In this document: positions 17,779 through 27,636 of the stretch, piece after piece
Position numbering within the stretch: the first letter of the stretch is position 1
Layout of the letters: every line of letters starts with the position of its first letter
Source of the DNA: an uncultured Gammaproteobacteria bacterium
GTDB lineage: Bacteria; Patescibacteriota; Microgenomatia; Levybacterales; GWA1-39-11
NCBI GenBank assembly: GCA_964531275.1
Contig: CAZHDZ010000005.1
Coordinates: 12,545-76,544 of the forward strand
Reading direction: 5' to 3'
Length of the DNA stretch: 64,000 bases
Program-made: the position numbers and the translations under genes
Notes under the pieces: generated by a model
What the model saw: the letters and a program-made list of their open reading frames with translations, nothing else
Told to the model about the DNA's origin: nothing
The model's database searches: none

Positions 17779-18522
17779 TTATTTATTGCCCTTTTTCCAT
17801 GGTGCACTTTGAAGCATTACGCCATAGACGTCGGTTGCAGGATCTATATCCAAGAGGTCTAATTCTTCTTTTGTCGGGGTGTGGTCTTGGAATTGTACAA
17901 AGGGAATATCAGTAACGATAGCAAGAGGGGTTTGTTCTGACGCTTCACCCATAACAACTGCAGCCGCGGCAGCAATTCCATCCATAACGCTTACCGTTGT
18001 CATTTTTAAAATTCTTCCAAATATGTCTGGTTTGCCCTTAAAGTCATTAATTGCAGTAAAACCGCTGTAAGCAATTCCGATACCAGTAATTCCATATCGA
18101 AGTGGTGTGGTTTTGCTATCGGTGATAAGAACGCCGACGTTTTTGAGTCCAAACTTTGTGTGTAGATGGTCACTTATTGTGTTGGCGCTTTCTTGAGCGT
18201 CGGTGGGCCATAAGACAAATTTTCCATCAGAGTTTGACTCATCAATACCGGCATTAACAGCAAGAACATTGTTTTTAATTGTTACAAAGAGATTAAATGT
18301 ATTTCCCTCTTTTGGAAGGTACATGTCAGCTTGCTTGAGGACTAAGTCATCTTTATTAACTTGATCATTTGAGATGACGTTTCCTTCACATATAGCAACA
18401 ATTTTGCTTGTAACGACCAGTATCGAATTCTCAGGAAGATGTGTAACATATTGATCAATTATCTTTAAGATGTCATTATCTTGAGAAGTGATCTTATGAG
18501 TCTTTATTGATGATATATTCAT
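17779..18522 (-). CDS. CofE-family gamma-glutamyl ligase (F420/folate-type)
   Basis: TSKIVAICEG, NAGIDESN, ITDS..PLRYG, VMGEASEQTPLA. Confidence 0.88.
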   Translation of the reverse strand: MNISSIKTHKITSQDNDILKIIDQYVTHLPENSILVVTSKIVAICEGNVISNDQVNKDDLVLKQADMYLPKEGNTFNLFVTIKNNVLAVNAGIDESNSDGKFVLWPTDAQESANTISDHLHTKFGLKNVGVLITDSKTTPLRYGITGIGIAYSGFTAINDFKGKPDIFGRILKMTTVSVMDGIAAAAAVVMGEASEQTPLAIVTDIPFVQFQDHTPTKEELDLLDIDPATDVYGVMLQSAPWKKGNK

Positions 18523-18550
18523 GTGTGAATTGTACATCATTTTGAACTCA

Positions 18551-18578
18551 TTGACAAAATTTCCTGAGCCCATATAAT
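18551..18578 (+). promoter_or_regulatory. sigma70-type promoter, probable leaderless purB transcript
   Basis: TTGACA-16 nt-TATAAT, 6 nt before ATG. Confidence 0.7.
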
Positions 18579-18584
18579 CGAACT

Positions 18585-19898
18585 ATGCCGCTTCCTGCCA
18601 GATATCAAAAAGCCGTTCCTGACATTGTAGAAGTTTGGGAGCCAGCTGGATACTTTAAAGCACAAATGGGTATTTGGGCAGCTGTTTGTGAAGCCTCGAG
18701 TGAGCTTAATGGAAAGCCAACAGCAGAAGAACTAACTCAGATTAAGGAAGCGTTGACATTAACACCTCAAGAAATAGTTGAACTATCTGCACCAACAGGT
18801 CATGAGACTAACAAGCTATTGCGAAAAATTCAGGGAAAGCTTTCAGATGAAACTGGCAATTATATTCATCGAGGTAATACTTCAAGTGACGTTTTGGATA
18901 CCAGCATCGCATTACAATCAGTTGAGTCGTTACAGCTGATTGAGCATGAATTTGTAGAGTTAAGAAAAAGTCTATATGTGCTTGCTGTAAAACATAGAGA
19001 TACGCTGCAAATTGCCCGTACTCACGGTCAGCACGCAATCCCTCAAACTTTTGGTAGACAGGTCCTTGGATGGTCCGAGGGTATAACGCGTAGCATAGAA
19101 AGAACTAAGAGGGCACAAGACGTGATAGCTTACGGAAAGTTGTCAGGTGAAGTTGGTACAAATGTTTTTATATCACCAGAGTTGGAAGAATTAGCCCTTA
19201 AGAAGTTGGGACTCAAATCAGAATTAGCTCCGACTCAGGTAATAGGGAGAGATAGACATTTGGAAATGCTTTCTCTTATGACTGTTAATGCTAGATGGCT
19301 CGGAAAAATAGCAAATGATCTTCGTATGCTATGCATGACGGACATTGGAGAAGTTAGAGAGCCATTTGAAGATGACAAGCAAGGATCCAGCGCAATGCCT
19401 CATAAAAGAAATCCGGATGGCCTTGAAAGAGTATTGGGACTTACGAGAGTTGTTGCGGGGGCATCAGAAATAGAGTCTGAGTCGGTGGAGCTGTTATTTG
19501 AAAGAGATATTAGTCATTCATCGGTAGAAAGATTTAGTCTTCCCGATTCTTTTGGGGCTTTGCTATATGCTACTCAGCTGACAAGAAAAATTATTGATGG
19601 TCTTGAAGTCTTCCCCGATAAAATGATAGAAAATCTCGAGAGAACCTACGGGTCAATTTACAGTTCACGACTACTTAATACTTTGCTTGATAAAAATGCA
19701 TTTAGTAGGACTGAAGGTTACGATGTGGTTAAAGAGTTAGCGCAAAAAGCCATAGATACAAGAACGCCTCTTTTAGAAATAGCAACAGTAGATCCTCGGA
19801 TATCATCACATTTTGAAAAAGGAGAGCTTGAGGAGCAGTTTGACCCTACATTTTATCTCAAAAATATAGGTGTGGCTTTTGAAAGAGCAGGTCTATAA
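18585..19898 (+). CDS. purB: Adenylosuccinate lyase
   Basis: HRGNTSSD, RTHGQHA, GSSAMPHKRNP, ERDISHSSVER. Confidence 0.93.
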   Translation: MPLPARYQKAVPDIVEVWEPAGYFKAQMGIWAAVCEASSELNGKPTAEELTQIKEALTLTPQEIVELSAPTGHETNKLLRKIQGKLSDETGNYIHRGNTSSDVLDTSIALQSVESLQLIEHEFVELRKSLYVLAVKHRDTLQIARTHGQHAIPQTFGRQVLGWSEGITRSIERTKRAQDVIAYGKLSGEVGTNVFISPELEELALKKLGLKSELAPTQVIGRDRHLEMLSLMTVNARWLGKIANDLRMLCMTDIGEVREPFEDDKQGSSAMPHKRNPDGLERVLGLTRVVAGASEIESESVELLFERDISHSSVERFSLPDSFGALLYATQLTRKIIDGLEVFPDKMIENLERTYGSIYSSRLLNTLLDKNAFSRTEGYDVVKELAQKAIDTRTPLLEIATVDPRISSHFEKGELEEQFDPTFYLKNIGVAFERAGL

Positions 19899-19912
19899 GA
19901 CGTAATACATCT

Positions 19913-20998
19913 CTAGAATTTAGGTACTAGAATATTGTCCAAATCAATAAATCCGTGTTTTTGAAGTAATGATGAAAGAATGGGGGACTTTGTGGCATAT
20001 AAGAGTTTTTGGGGATAGTTCTCAAGGATAAGGTTCTCTACCTCATGATAGCCCAAAAGATAAGATGCATCCTTGGGAAATCCACCAGGTTCTGCGGTAT
20101 TTTTCATCCCTCTTTTCACCCTGTATGTCATAACAAAAGCCCGTTTTGAGTCGAGTTCTTCGCTGAGATGGTCATAAATTTCCCGAAAGCTTTTATCTAG
20201 CAATCTGACTGCTTTAATTCTGTTGTAATATATCTCAAAGGCAGACGGAGTAATTTTTCTTGTAGTAATTTCATTGTATACAGCAAGGCCTTCCCCATAG
20301 AGATGCTGATTTCCATATTTCACAAATTCTGACAATGGGGTAGGAGAATTTTTCATGTTTTGGGTTTGGATGGCATGGCTTTCAATTTCATGTACGATAA
20401 GTCTATCCACATTGCATTCAAATCTCTTAACAGCAGCCCCGATGCTTACTGATTTGTAGCCCACGCTTACTATATGTGGGCTGAATTCGTCTACTCTTAC
20501 CTCAAAGTCAGTTAAGTTGTATTTACTGAGTGCCTCAATAAATTTTTCTTTAATTACATATGCATCAACCAGCTTGTGTTCTATGTACATAGTAAATTCC
20601 ACAGCTGGTGTGTTTGCTAAAATTATCTCAAGCCTATCTGTGCCCCAGTCAAATAGCTTGTGTGCATACTCAGAAAATTGACTGGTACCAATAAGCTTTT
20701 TAGTTAAATATAGGTTATTTTGATCTTCAAGAAAGTTAAAAATATGTTCCTTGATGTCATCAGGTACATCAAGCTTATCTACCTTTAATTTAAATCCGTC
20801 GATCATGCTAGAGAAATCTGGAAGATCTGGCTCTCTATAGATATAAATGGGGTTATACGAAGCAGATGAATTAAAAGCATTCATCTCTTCTTGATAATTT
20901 AGGGGTGTAAGAGATGTTGTTCCAAGTCTTAAGGTCTTTTTTATTTCGATTATTTCTTGGGCTAATTCTTGAAGTTGTTGTCTATTACTATCAGTCAC
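19913..20998 (-). CDS. DUF1704 / MATCAP-like metallo-carboxypeptidase
   Basis: HEIESH (HExxxH), EGLA, RVKRG, GGFPKDASYLLG; likely GTG start at 20998. Confidence 0.82.
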   Translation of the reverse strand: MTDSNRQQLQELAQEIIEIKKTLRLGTTSLTPLNYQEEMNAFNSSASYNPIYIYREPDLPDFSSMIDGFKLKVDKLDVPDDIKEHIFNFLEDQNNLYLTKKLIGTSQFSEYAHKLFDWGTDRLEIILANTPAVEFTMYIEHKLVDAYVIKEKFIEALSKYNLTDFEVRVDEFSPHIVSVGYKSVSIGAAVKRFECNVDRLIVHEIESHAIQTQNMKNSPTPLSEFVKYGNQHLYGEGLAVYNEITTRKITPSAFEIYYNRIKAVRLLDKSFREIYDHLSEELDSKRAFVMTYRVKRGMKNTAEPGGFPKDASYLLGYHEVENLILENYPQKLLYATKSPILSSLLQKHGFIDLDNILVPKF

Positions 20999-21073
20999 AA
21001 GAATATATGGTAGCACTAAGACATTTTTTTGTCTAATGCCTTTTTTACAAAGCTTGCAGGTCAGAAATGTCGC

Positions 21074-21175
21074 ATAAAAGCCAAATCCAATTGATATCTT
21101 CATTTGAGGTTGGCTTTATAGCATTTATGATAAAAGCCAAATCCAATTGATATCTTCATTTGAGGTTGGCTTTAT
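21074..21175. repeat. Tandem duplicated 46-bp palindromic unit
   Basis: ataaaagccaaatccaattgatatcttcatttgaggttggctttat at 21074-21119 and 21130-21175. Confidence 0.85.
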
Positions 21176-21209
21176 TGCATTCGCCATGTCCACTACATAT
21201 ACTATCTTC

Positions 21210-22769
21210 ATGCAGTTGAATAAGTATTCAGAGAGTCTTATACAAATATTTGAGAAGGCAAAAGAAACTCCGATTGAAAGTGCAAATGCCATAAATCCTT
21301 TGGTTTCAGAGCTTGCATCATGGTATGAAAAATTTAGAAATTCGATTGAATATAGAGATGAGGAGGTAATACTAAGAGCCTCTATAGAGCGAATATTGAA
21401 GAGGCGGTTGGCTCTTGGCGGCAATGGGGCAACAACTGCAAAACCATTACTTAAGGAATTAGTCTGGGCCAGATATTTCCCTGAAAGTCTTTATACGGAA
21501 GACACAATTGCATCTCTTGAAAAGGTAATTAATTTTTACATTCACTTAAAGAGTGAAGTGGTAAAGTCTCAGCAAGTAAAAGAGGGAGACATGCGAGAGT
21601 TAATGTTCCAGCTTATGTCTTCGGATATTGAAGAAATGCTGCATCCAAATAAAGTAGAGGAGGCTGTCGGAAACTACATTTTTCATGTTCTTCAGAAAAG
21701 CATTTCAGCAGTAGAGGCAACTGAAGAGCAGCGTGATATTCAGCTATTTATAGCGATACGCAAGGCATATTCAAAAGATGATCTTGCCTTTTTGAGATAC
21801 AAATTATTTACTCAGTATTTCGGCGAGATGTCTAGGATGGAGGTTTCTGTAGTTGCTGAGCAATTCGGACAGGCACATAAGCAAATAGAAGCGCAACTCA
21901 CCCACCCTGCACGTTTTAAGATTTTAGGTTATGTAAAAAGACAAATTCCGGCCTTCCTAATAATGGAGGATATATTTGCAACACAAACCAATATAAAGGA
22001 GTTAGCAGAGAATGAGGAAGATTTAAATTCAGTAATCAATTCTGCCTGTAAGAAAAAATATAAAACAATTTCTGAAAAAGTACGGCGGGCAATTATCAGA
22101 AGCGTAATATTTATTTTGCTTTCAAAAACAGTAATTGCTTTTGGAATAGAGGGTACCTACGAAAGAGTATTTCTGGGACATATTCAATGGCTGACGCTTG
22201 CATTGAATGTTATTATCCCGACCATTTTTATGATTGTAGTAGGATTTTCTATCAGGACTCCTGGTGAGAAGAATTCAAGGCTAATACTTACTAGAATTCA
22301 CTCACTTCTTTTTAGCGAAGATCCAAAAATTGGAAGAACATTAGCTTTTCCATCTTCTGAGAAAAAACCGAGAAGTGTAATTGAAGGAGTTTTTGGTATT
22401 CTTTGGGTTGCTGCATTTCTTTTGAGCTTTGGTGCTATATCTTTAGGTCTTTCACTCTTAGGATTTTCGGCAGTAAGCCAGGCAATTTTTATATTCTTTT
22501 TGGCAATTGTAAGTTTCCTTGCATATCGCATCAATATTACCGCTCATGAATATAGCGTTGAGAATAGTCAGGGAATTTTGACTCCGATAGTGGATTTCTT
22601 TTTCATGCCTATTGCAAGGGTTGGACAATACTTAACCGCGGGTATCTCTCAAGTGAATATATTCTTATTTATATTGGATTTTCTCATAGAGGCCCCGTAC
22701 AAAGGACTCGTGGGATTCTTTGATCAGTGGTTCTTCTTCTTGCATAACAAGAGGGAAGAGATAGGCTGA
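21210..22769 (+). CDS. Multi-pass membrane protein, unknown function
   Basis: Helical N-domain (YEKFRNSIEYRDEEVILRASIERILKRR) plus several TM segments; TATACT 6 nt before ATG. Confidence 0.8.
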   Translation: MQLNKYSESLIQIFEKAKETPIESANAINPLVSELASWYEKFRNSIEYRDEEVILRASIERILKRRLALGGNGATTAKPLLKELVWARYFPESLYTEDTIASLEKVINFYIHLKSEVVKSQQVKEGDMRELMFQLMSSDIEEMLHPNKVEEAVGNYIFHVLQKSISAVEATEEQRDIQLFIAIRKAYSKDDLAFLRYKLFTQYFGEMSRMEVSVVAEQFGQAHKQIEAQLTHPARFKILGYVKRQIPAFLIMEDIFATQTNIKELAENEEDLNSVINSACKKKYKTISEKVRRAIIRSVIFILLSKTVIAFGIEGTYERVFLGHIQWLTLALNVIIPTIFMIVVGFSIRTPGEKNSRLILTRIHSLLFSEDPKIGRTLAFPSSEKKPRSVIEGVFGILWVAAFLLSFGAISLGLSLLGFSAVSQAIFIFFLAIVSFLAYRINITAHEYSVENSQGILTPIVDFFFMPIARVGQYLTAGISQVNIFLFILDFLIEAPYKGLVGFFDQWFFFLHNKREEIG

Positions 22770-22774
22770 TATAA

Positions 22775-22895
22775 CGAGTCCTGTCATGTCTTTTCCCCAT
22801 TGTCGAGTCTCACCATTTGTGCTCTACTTGTTTAACTTTTTCATTGATCGTTTGCTCATGTTCTCAATTGGGTCCCTAACTTGCATTACCCACAG
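22775..22895. repeat. Degenerate copy of the 15272-15389 hairpin element
   Basis: cgagtcctgtcatgtcttttccccattg ... caattgggtccct ... taccc. Confidence 0.5.
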
Positions 22896-22915
22896 GAAAT
22901 AGGAGTACGATTTGC

Positions 22916-23791
22916 TTAAAAGATAAGGAGAATGACGCCGGCAAGCATAATAATTGTTGCGACAAGGCGACTTAGTATATTTTTTTCTTTCAAAAGCACT
23001 CCTCCGAAAACAACTGTAATTAGCGTTGATAATTTAAAAACGGCATTTGGATATGCAACATTTGTCAAAGAGAATGCAGTAAAAGCTGCAAATTGAGAAG
23101 CTGCTCCTAGTATGCCAAGCAATAGAAATAGTGGACTATATTTTTTTATTGTTGGAATAGATATTTTTTGCTTTTTAAGAAGAATGATTAAAAGTAAAAT
23201 TCCAAATATACCTATTGAGTTTACGACCGAAATGTAGGCTGGGGTTTGTGGAAATGTGGCAAGAACTGCTTGTTTTTGGAAAATTGGGGTGAGTGACCAT
23301 ATAAAATTGGCAAGAAGGAAGAGCTGTGCTCCACGATCAAATATCACGTCCTGAATTGGTCTTAAAAATCCCTTTCTAATGTCTTTTAAATTAAGAACAT
23401 ATACTCCGATAACAATTAAGACAATTCCAAATAATTTTACAGGGGTGGGAATTTCTTTAAACAAAATTGCATTAAAAATTAGAGTAAAAACAGGAAGAAA
23501 AGATGACAACGGTACAATGAGTGAAAGATCTGAAAGTTGAATCCCTTTAATAGAACAGATAAACGCAACTACATCAAGCCCAATAGAAAGTATCATGAAA
23601 AAATGAAAGCTAGATGAGACGATTGGTGCACCGCCTAAAAAGAGGAGGAGCAATATGTCAAAAGGAATAATAAAGCCAAAATATAGTATTAAAAATCTAA
23701 GCGGAGAAACTTCTTTGGAAATTTTTTTCGTGAGAATGTTTGTGGTAGAGCTTGATGCTGCCACAAACAATGAAAGAAAAAACCAGAGCAT
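22916..23791 (-). CDS. EamA/DMT family transporter
   Basis: ~10 TMs, DLSLIVPL, LLKEK. Confidence 0.9.
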   Translation of the reverse strand: MLWFFLSLFVAASSSTTNILTKKISKEVSPLRFLILYFGFIIPFDILLLLFLGGAPIVSSSFHFFMILSIGLDVVAFICSIKGIQLSDLSLIVPLSSFLPVFTLIFNAILFKEIPTPVKLFGIVLIVIGVYVLNLKDIRKGFLRPIQDVIFDRGAQLFLLANFIWSLTPIFQKQAVLATFPQTPAYISVVNSIGIFGILLLIILLKKQKISIPTIKKYSPLFLLLGILGAASQFAAFTAFSLTNVAYPNAVFKLSTLITVVFGGVLLKEKNILSRLVATIIMLAGVILLIF

Positions 23792-23800
23792 GAAGAGTTC

Positions 23801-24136
23801 TTATTTAATGTCCAGTAGTTCTACTTCGAAGTAAAGATCAGCAAGCGGTGGTATTACATTTCCTGCGCCTTCTTCACCATAAGCCATTGTGTAGGGGATA
23901 AATAGTTTTCTTTTCCCTCCAACTTTCATTCCAGGAACGCCTTCGTCCCATCCTCTTATTACATGTCCAACTCCTATTTTTGTTTCAAAGGGAAAGCCCT
24001 TATCAATAGATGAATCAAATTTTTCACCGTCTTCAAATGTTCCAACGTAATGAATAACTATAGTGTCTCCTTCTTTCACTTCGCGGCCTGTTCCAACAAC
24101 GAGGTCTTCAATTTTGAGTTCTGGGGGACGTGCCAT
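23801..24136 (-). CDS. FKBP-type peptidyl-prolyl isomerase
   Basis: FDSS, VIRGWDEG, MKVGGKRKLFIP, AYG. Confidence 0.95.
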   Translation of the reverse strand: MARPPELKIEDLVVGTGREVKEGDTIVIHYVGTFEDGEKFDSSIDKGFPFETKIGVGHVIRGWDEGVPGMKVGGKRKLFIPYTMAYGEEGAGNVIPPLADLYFEVELLDIK

Positions 24137-24189
24137 ATGAAGTTAAAGTATACCTTTTTATGCGTAGAAAGTACAGACCCAAGATGCAA

Positions 24190-24477
24190 TTATTTAACTC
24201 CTACAAAATCAATATATGGGAGAAATGAGCGGATTTGGTCCCAAAATTTGTCTGAGAGACCGGTTGAGAATTTCGAGTACTGGCCTTTATCTTGCTGTGA
24301 AGTAAGTCGTCTTTCATAATCACGAATTATCTCAACCACAACCTTGCCTTTTTCGTTGAACTCCGGCTTAAGTGAGTCATCTTGCATGAATTTATCATGA
24401 ACATCCTTAAAGTCTAAAAAAAGATCGCGATGTTCTTGCATCATGTCTAAAAATAATTGACGATATTTTGCGGCCAT
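24190..24477 (-). CDS. Hypothetical protein
   Basis: 95-aa helical ORF with typical composition. Confidence 0.7.
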   Translation of the reverse strand: MAAKYRQLFLDMMQEHRDLFLDFKDVHDKFMQDDSLKPEFNEKGKVVVEIIRDYERRLTSQQDKGQYSKFSTGLSDKFWDQIRSFLPYIDFVGVK

Positions 24478-24560
24478 GTTCGGTAAATATTAAATACTAA
24501 GTTGCTAATAGTCAAGATACAGAGCGATTTGACGGAGAATTTTGGTATAATAGAACCTCC

Positions 24561-25481
24561 ATGAATCATCAAATATTACTCTGGTACAAGTATGTGGGTA
24601 TAGAAAATCCAATACACGAAATGCGCGAACAACGCAGGCTTTGTGAGAGCTTGGGGCTTTCCGGAAGAATTATTATTGCAACTGAGGGTATTAATGGTAC
24701 GGTTGAAGGTGCTAAGGAGTCAACAGAGAAGTATATTGAGGAATTGTCAAAAGATCCAAGATTTTCAGATATCCATTGGAAGAAATCTATTGGCACAGGG
24801 AATGCATTCCCAAAGCTTTCAATTAAAGTACGAGAAGAAATCGTAAGCATGCATTTGCATGAAAATGATATAAAGCCATGGAGTGTGACAGGTAAGTATT
24901 TGTCACCTGAGGAGCTGCATGGGTGGTTTGAACGTGGTGAAGAATTTTTTATTGTTGATATGCGCAATGATTATGAGCATAAAGCCGGATATTTTGAAGG
25001 GTCAATCTTGCCGGAGCTGACAAATTACCGCGATCTGCCAAAAATATTGCCACAACTCGCGAGTCTCAAAGACAAAAAAGTTTTAACTGTGTGTACAGGG
25101 GGAGTTAGGTGCGAAAAAGCATCAGGATTTTTAGTTGCAAATGGATTTTCAGATGTCTATCAACTTCAGGGAGGGATTGTAAGCTATATGGAGAAATATC
25201 CAAATGAGCATTTTAAAGGCAAGTTATACGTTTTTGATCAAAGAGTGCTTATGGGATTTAATACTACTGATGTAAAGCACGAAGTGGTTGGTAGATGTGA
25301 GAAGTGCGATAGTAAATCAGAGCACTATATAAATTGTGACACCGTAGGATGCCATAGGCATTTTATTCTTTGTGAACAGTGTGTTGAAAAGTCAGGAAAA
25401 CTTTGTCCAAGTGGGTGCACTTATCTTCGACAAAAGCAACGAGAGAACCCCGTCCATACAGAGAACCACAATATTGGATAA
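24561..25481 (+). CDS. trhO: TrhO/YceA-like rhodanese-domain tRNA hydroxylase
   Basis: EGINGT, DMRNDYE, CTGGVRCEK, LQGGI, YVFDQR. Confidence 0.9.
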   Translation: MNHQILLWYKYVGIENPIHEMREQRRLCESLGLSGRIIIATEGINGTVEGAKESTEKYIEELSKDPRFSDIHWKKSIGTGNAFPKLSIKVREEIVSMHLHENDIKPWSVTGKYLSPEELHGWFERGEEFFIVDMRNDYEHKAGYFEGSILPELTNYRDLPKILPQLASLKDKKVLTVCTGGVRCEKASGFLVANGFSDVYQLQGGIVSYMEKYPNEHFKGKLYVFDQRVLMGFNTTDVKHEVVGRCEKCDSKSEHYINCDTVGCHRHFILCEQCVEKSGKLCPSGCTYLRQKQRENPVHTENHNIG

Positions 25482-25487
25482 AAAACT

Positions 25488-25910
25488 ATGGGCGACTTTC
25501 CGAATGTGCCACAATCATGGAATGAATTAGTTGCTTTACGAGATTATCTTACTGACTGCGACCCCCAATTTTTAAGGAAAAAAGAGGATAGAGATAAATA
25601 TGATAAGTATCAATCTTCGCTTCCTCGAGATGAATTTATACAAATGATAACATCAAAATTTCAAGATAAGAAAATTGCTCTAATAGAGAACATTTTCCCC
25701 CATACAAATGTCTTGCAGGATTTACCGGATGTGGAGCACTATTGTCTGTGGAGCATGGAAGGAGAGCTACCCAACGAGAAAATAAAAGAAATAGTTGAGG
25801 AGAAATTTAAGAAAGTTAATTGGATATCTATGACACGAAAAGAAGGAAAAGTCTCAGTTGCCGAAATTTGGCATTCTCATATCTATATCCAGAATAAACA
25901 GTATGTCTAG
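25488..25910 (+). CDS. DUF3605-like (HIT-like) protein
   Basis: NIFP...VEHYCLWS...SVAEIWHSHIY. Confidence 0.55.
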   Translation: MGDFPNVPQSWNELVALRDYLTDCDPQFLRKKEDRDKYDKYQSSLPRDEFIQMITSKFQDKKIALIENIFPHTNVLQDLPDVEHYCLWSMEGELPNEKIKEIVEEKFKKVNWISMTRKEGKVSVAEIWHSHIYIQNKQYV

Positions 25911-26613
25911 GTTGGATTTATTACGAAAAGAACTACATTCCTTGGGGACTGAGAAGAAGGCAAAAGCAAGCACTTGGTTCTTTAAAACAAAGGAGGGACA
26001 GTATGGATTTGGTGATAAATTTATTGGTGTTACAGTTCCAGAGCAGCGAGTAATCGCAAAAAAATACAAAGATTTAGATCTATATAATCTTGAAATATTA
26101 CTTTCCTCAGATATCCATGAAGAAAGACTGACGGCACTTCTTATCTTGGTAGGACAATTTCAAAAGGCAGACGAATTAAGACGAGAAGAACTATTCAAAT
26201 TTTACATAATGCATCTGAAGGGAGTAAATAATTGGGACCTTGTTGATAGTAGTGCTGATAAAATAATCGGAGAGTATTTACTCGACAAAAAGATTACTTT
26301 ACTATTGTCTTTTGCAAAATCTGAGAGTCTTTGGGAGAGAAGAATTGGAATTGTGGCAACCTTTGCTTTTCTAAAAAATAATAATGCAAAACCAACCTAT
26401 CTGATTAGTGATCTTTTACTTTCAGATCGTGATGATCTTATCCAAAAAGCAGTAGGCTGGATGCTCAGAGAATCTGGTAAAAAAGTTTCGGAAAAGGGAC
26501 TTGAAGAATATCTAAAGAAGAACTATAAGAGGATGGGCAGGACTACTTTGCGATACGCTATTGAAAGATTTGACGAGGATAAAAGAAAAGAGTATCTTTC
26601 TGGTGCTGTCTGA
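25903..26613 (+). CDS. DNA alkylation repair protein (AlkD-like)
   Basis: FIGVTVP, HEER, NNWDLVD, IQKAVGWMLRE, LRYAIE. Confidence 0.92.
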   Translation: MSRLDLLRKELHSLGTEKKAKASTWFFKTKEGQYGFGDKFIGVTVPEQRVIAKKYKDLDLYNLEILLSSDIHEERLTALLILVGQFQKADELRREELFKFYIMHLKGVNNWDLVDSSADKIIGEYLLDKKITLLLSFAKSESLWERRIGIVATFAFLKNNNAKPTYLISDLLLSDRDDLIQKAVGWMLRESGKKVSEKGLEEYLKKNYKRMGRTTLRYAIERFDEDKRKEYLSGAV

Positions 26614-26716
26614 ACTTAATTCTAAATTCGGATATTTCTTTAACCTCAGTATTAGAATTTAGAACCTCCAGGAAAGCAGTTATTATTCTTCGCGGGATGG
26701 CAGTTATCTTTTTCAT
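26558..26716 (-). CDS. Putative 52-aa small protein
   Basis: MKKITAIPRRIITAFLEVLNS...; overlaps the alkD-like 3' end; candidate regulator sites upstream. Confidence 0.3.
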   Translation of the reverse strand: MKKITAIPRRIITAFLEVLNSNTEVKEISEFRIKFRQHQKDTLFFYPRQIFQ

Positions 26717-26872
26717 AAATACATTAAAACATCCAAATATGTAGATTGCGGTAAGAAACAACACAAGAAATATGTAAGATAAATTACCTTGTCTCTTGAC
26801 TCTTACAGAATTAAGTAAGAATACTTTCTTGATACCTGCGAAGATAATATAAATCACTTGTTTCTTGAGTTT

Positions 26873-27580
26873 TTAGAGGGTGTCAGCTATGTGTGTTTTT
26901 TGTTTTAATTTTTTTAGATTAAAAATAGTAACTTTTCCTTTATCAAGAGATATTAATTTTTCATCTTCTAATTTATTGAGCGCAATTGTAATTGTTTCTC
27001 GGAAAGCACCAACAAATTCTGCAATTCTTTGATGGGTAAAGGGTATAGGGAGTACGATATTTTTGTCTTGTTTTTCACCAAATCTCAGAGCGCAATCTAC
27101 TAAGAAGCTTGCGACTCTAGCTGTGGTATCTGTCAATATAAATCCTTCCAATTTTCTTTCAGCATTATTTAGGCGCTGAATAAATGAATGCATAAGATCA
27201 ACTACGTGTTCTGGATTTTCTGATAATATCTTTAAGTATTCATCTTTAGAAATTGACGATATTTCACAGTCTGTTAATGCTTCTGCGCTGTGTCTTAGAA
27301 TTCCGTCTTCTGATGTAATAGCTCTAAGTCCCAATATACTTCCGGGGCCATATAAATAAATAGCTGCGTCACGCCCACTTTCAGAAAGCCTATATAGCTT
27401 TACGTACCCCTTCATTACGCAATAGATTTTTCCTGGAAGATCGCCTTCATAAAATATAGTTCCTCCCTTTTTAATTTTGAGCGGATTACGCTTGGCGTAT
27501 AAGGAAAAGAAGGCAGTAAAGTCCGGTTTCTTCCAAAGAGTATTGAGGCGGCGGGACAAAGACGAAGTGCTTTCCGGCAT
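26873..27580 (-). CDS. Crp/Fnr family transcriptional regulator
   Basis: cNMP-binding fold; HTH THQRIAEFVGAFRETIT. Confidence 0.93.
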   Translation of the reverse strand: MPESTSSLSRRLNTLWKKPDFTAFFSLYAKRNPLKIKKGGTIFYEGDLPGKIYCVMKGYVKLYRLSESGRDAAIYLYGPGSILGLRAITSEDGILRHSAEALTDCEISSISKDEYLKILSENPEHVVDLMHSFIQRLNNAERKLEGFILTDTTARVASFLVDCALRFGEKQDKNIVLPIPFTHQRIAEFVGAFRETITIALNKLEDEKLISLDKGKVTIFNLKKLKQKTHIADTL

Positions 27581-27599
27581 TTCGTTGATTATATGCACA

Positions 27600-27615
27600 T
27601 GTAATTTCTATTACA
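27600..27615. promoter_or_regulatory. Crp-box-like palindrome in the regulator's own promoter
   Basis: TGTAA-tttcta-TTACA. Confidence 0.55.
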
Positions 27616-27636
27616 ATACTCTTGTAATATAGATTA

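Noticed and set aside
21104-21209. Extended N-termini in the ORF track for both flanking genes
   Set aside because: They read through the duplicated palindrome; starts at 20998 and 21210 fit better
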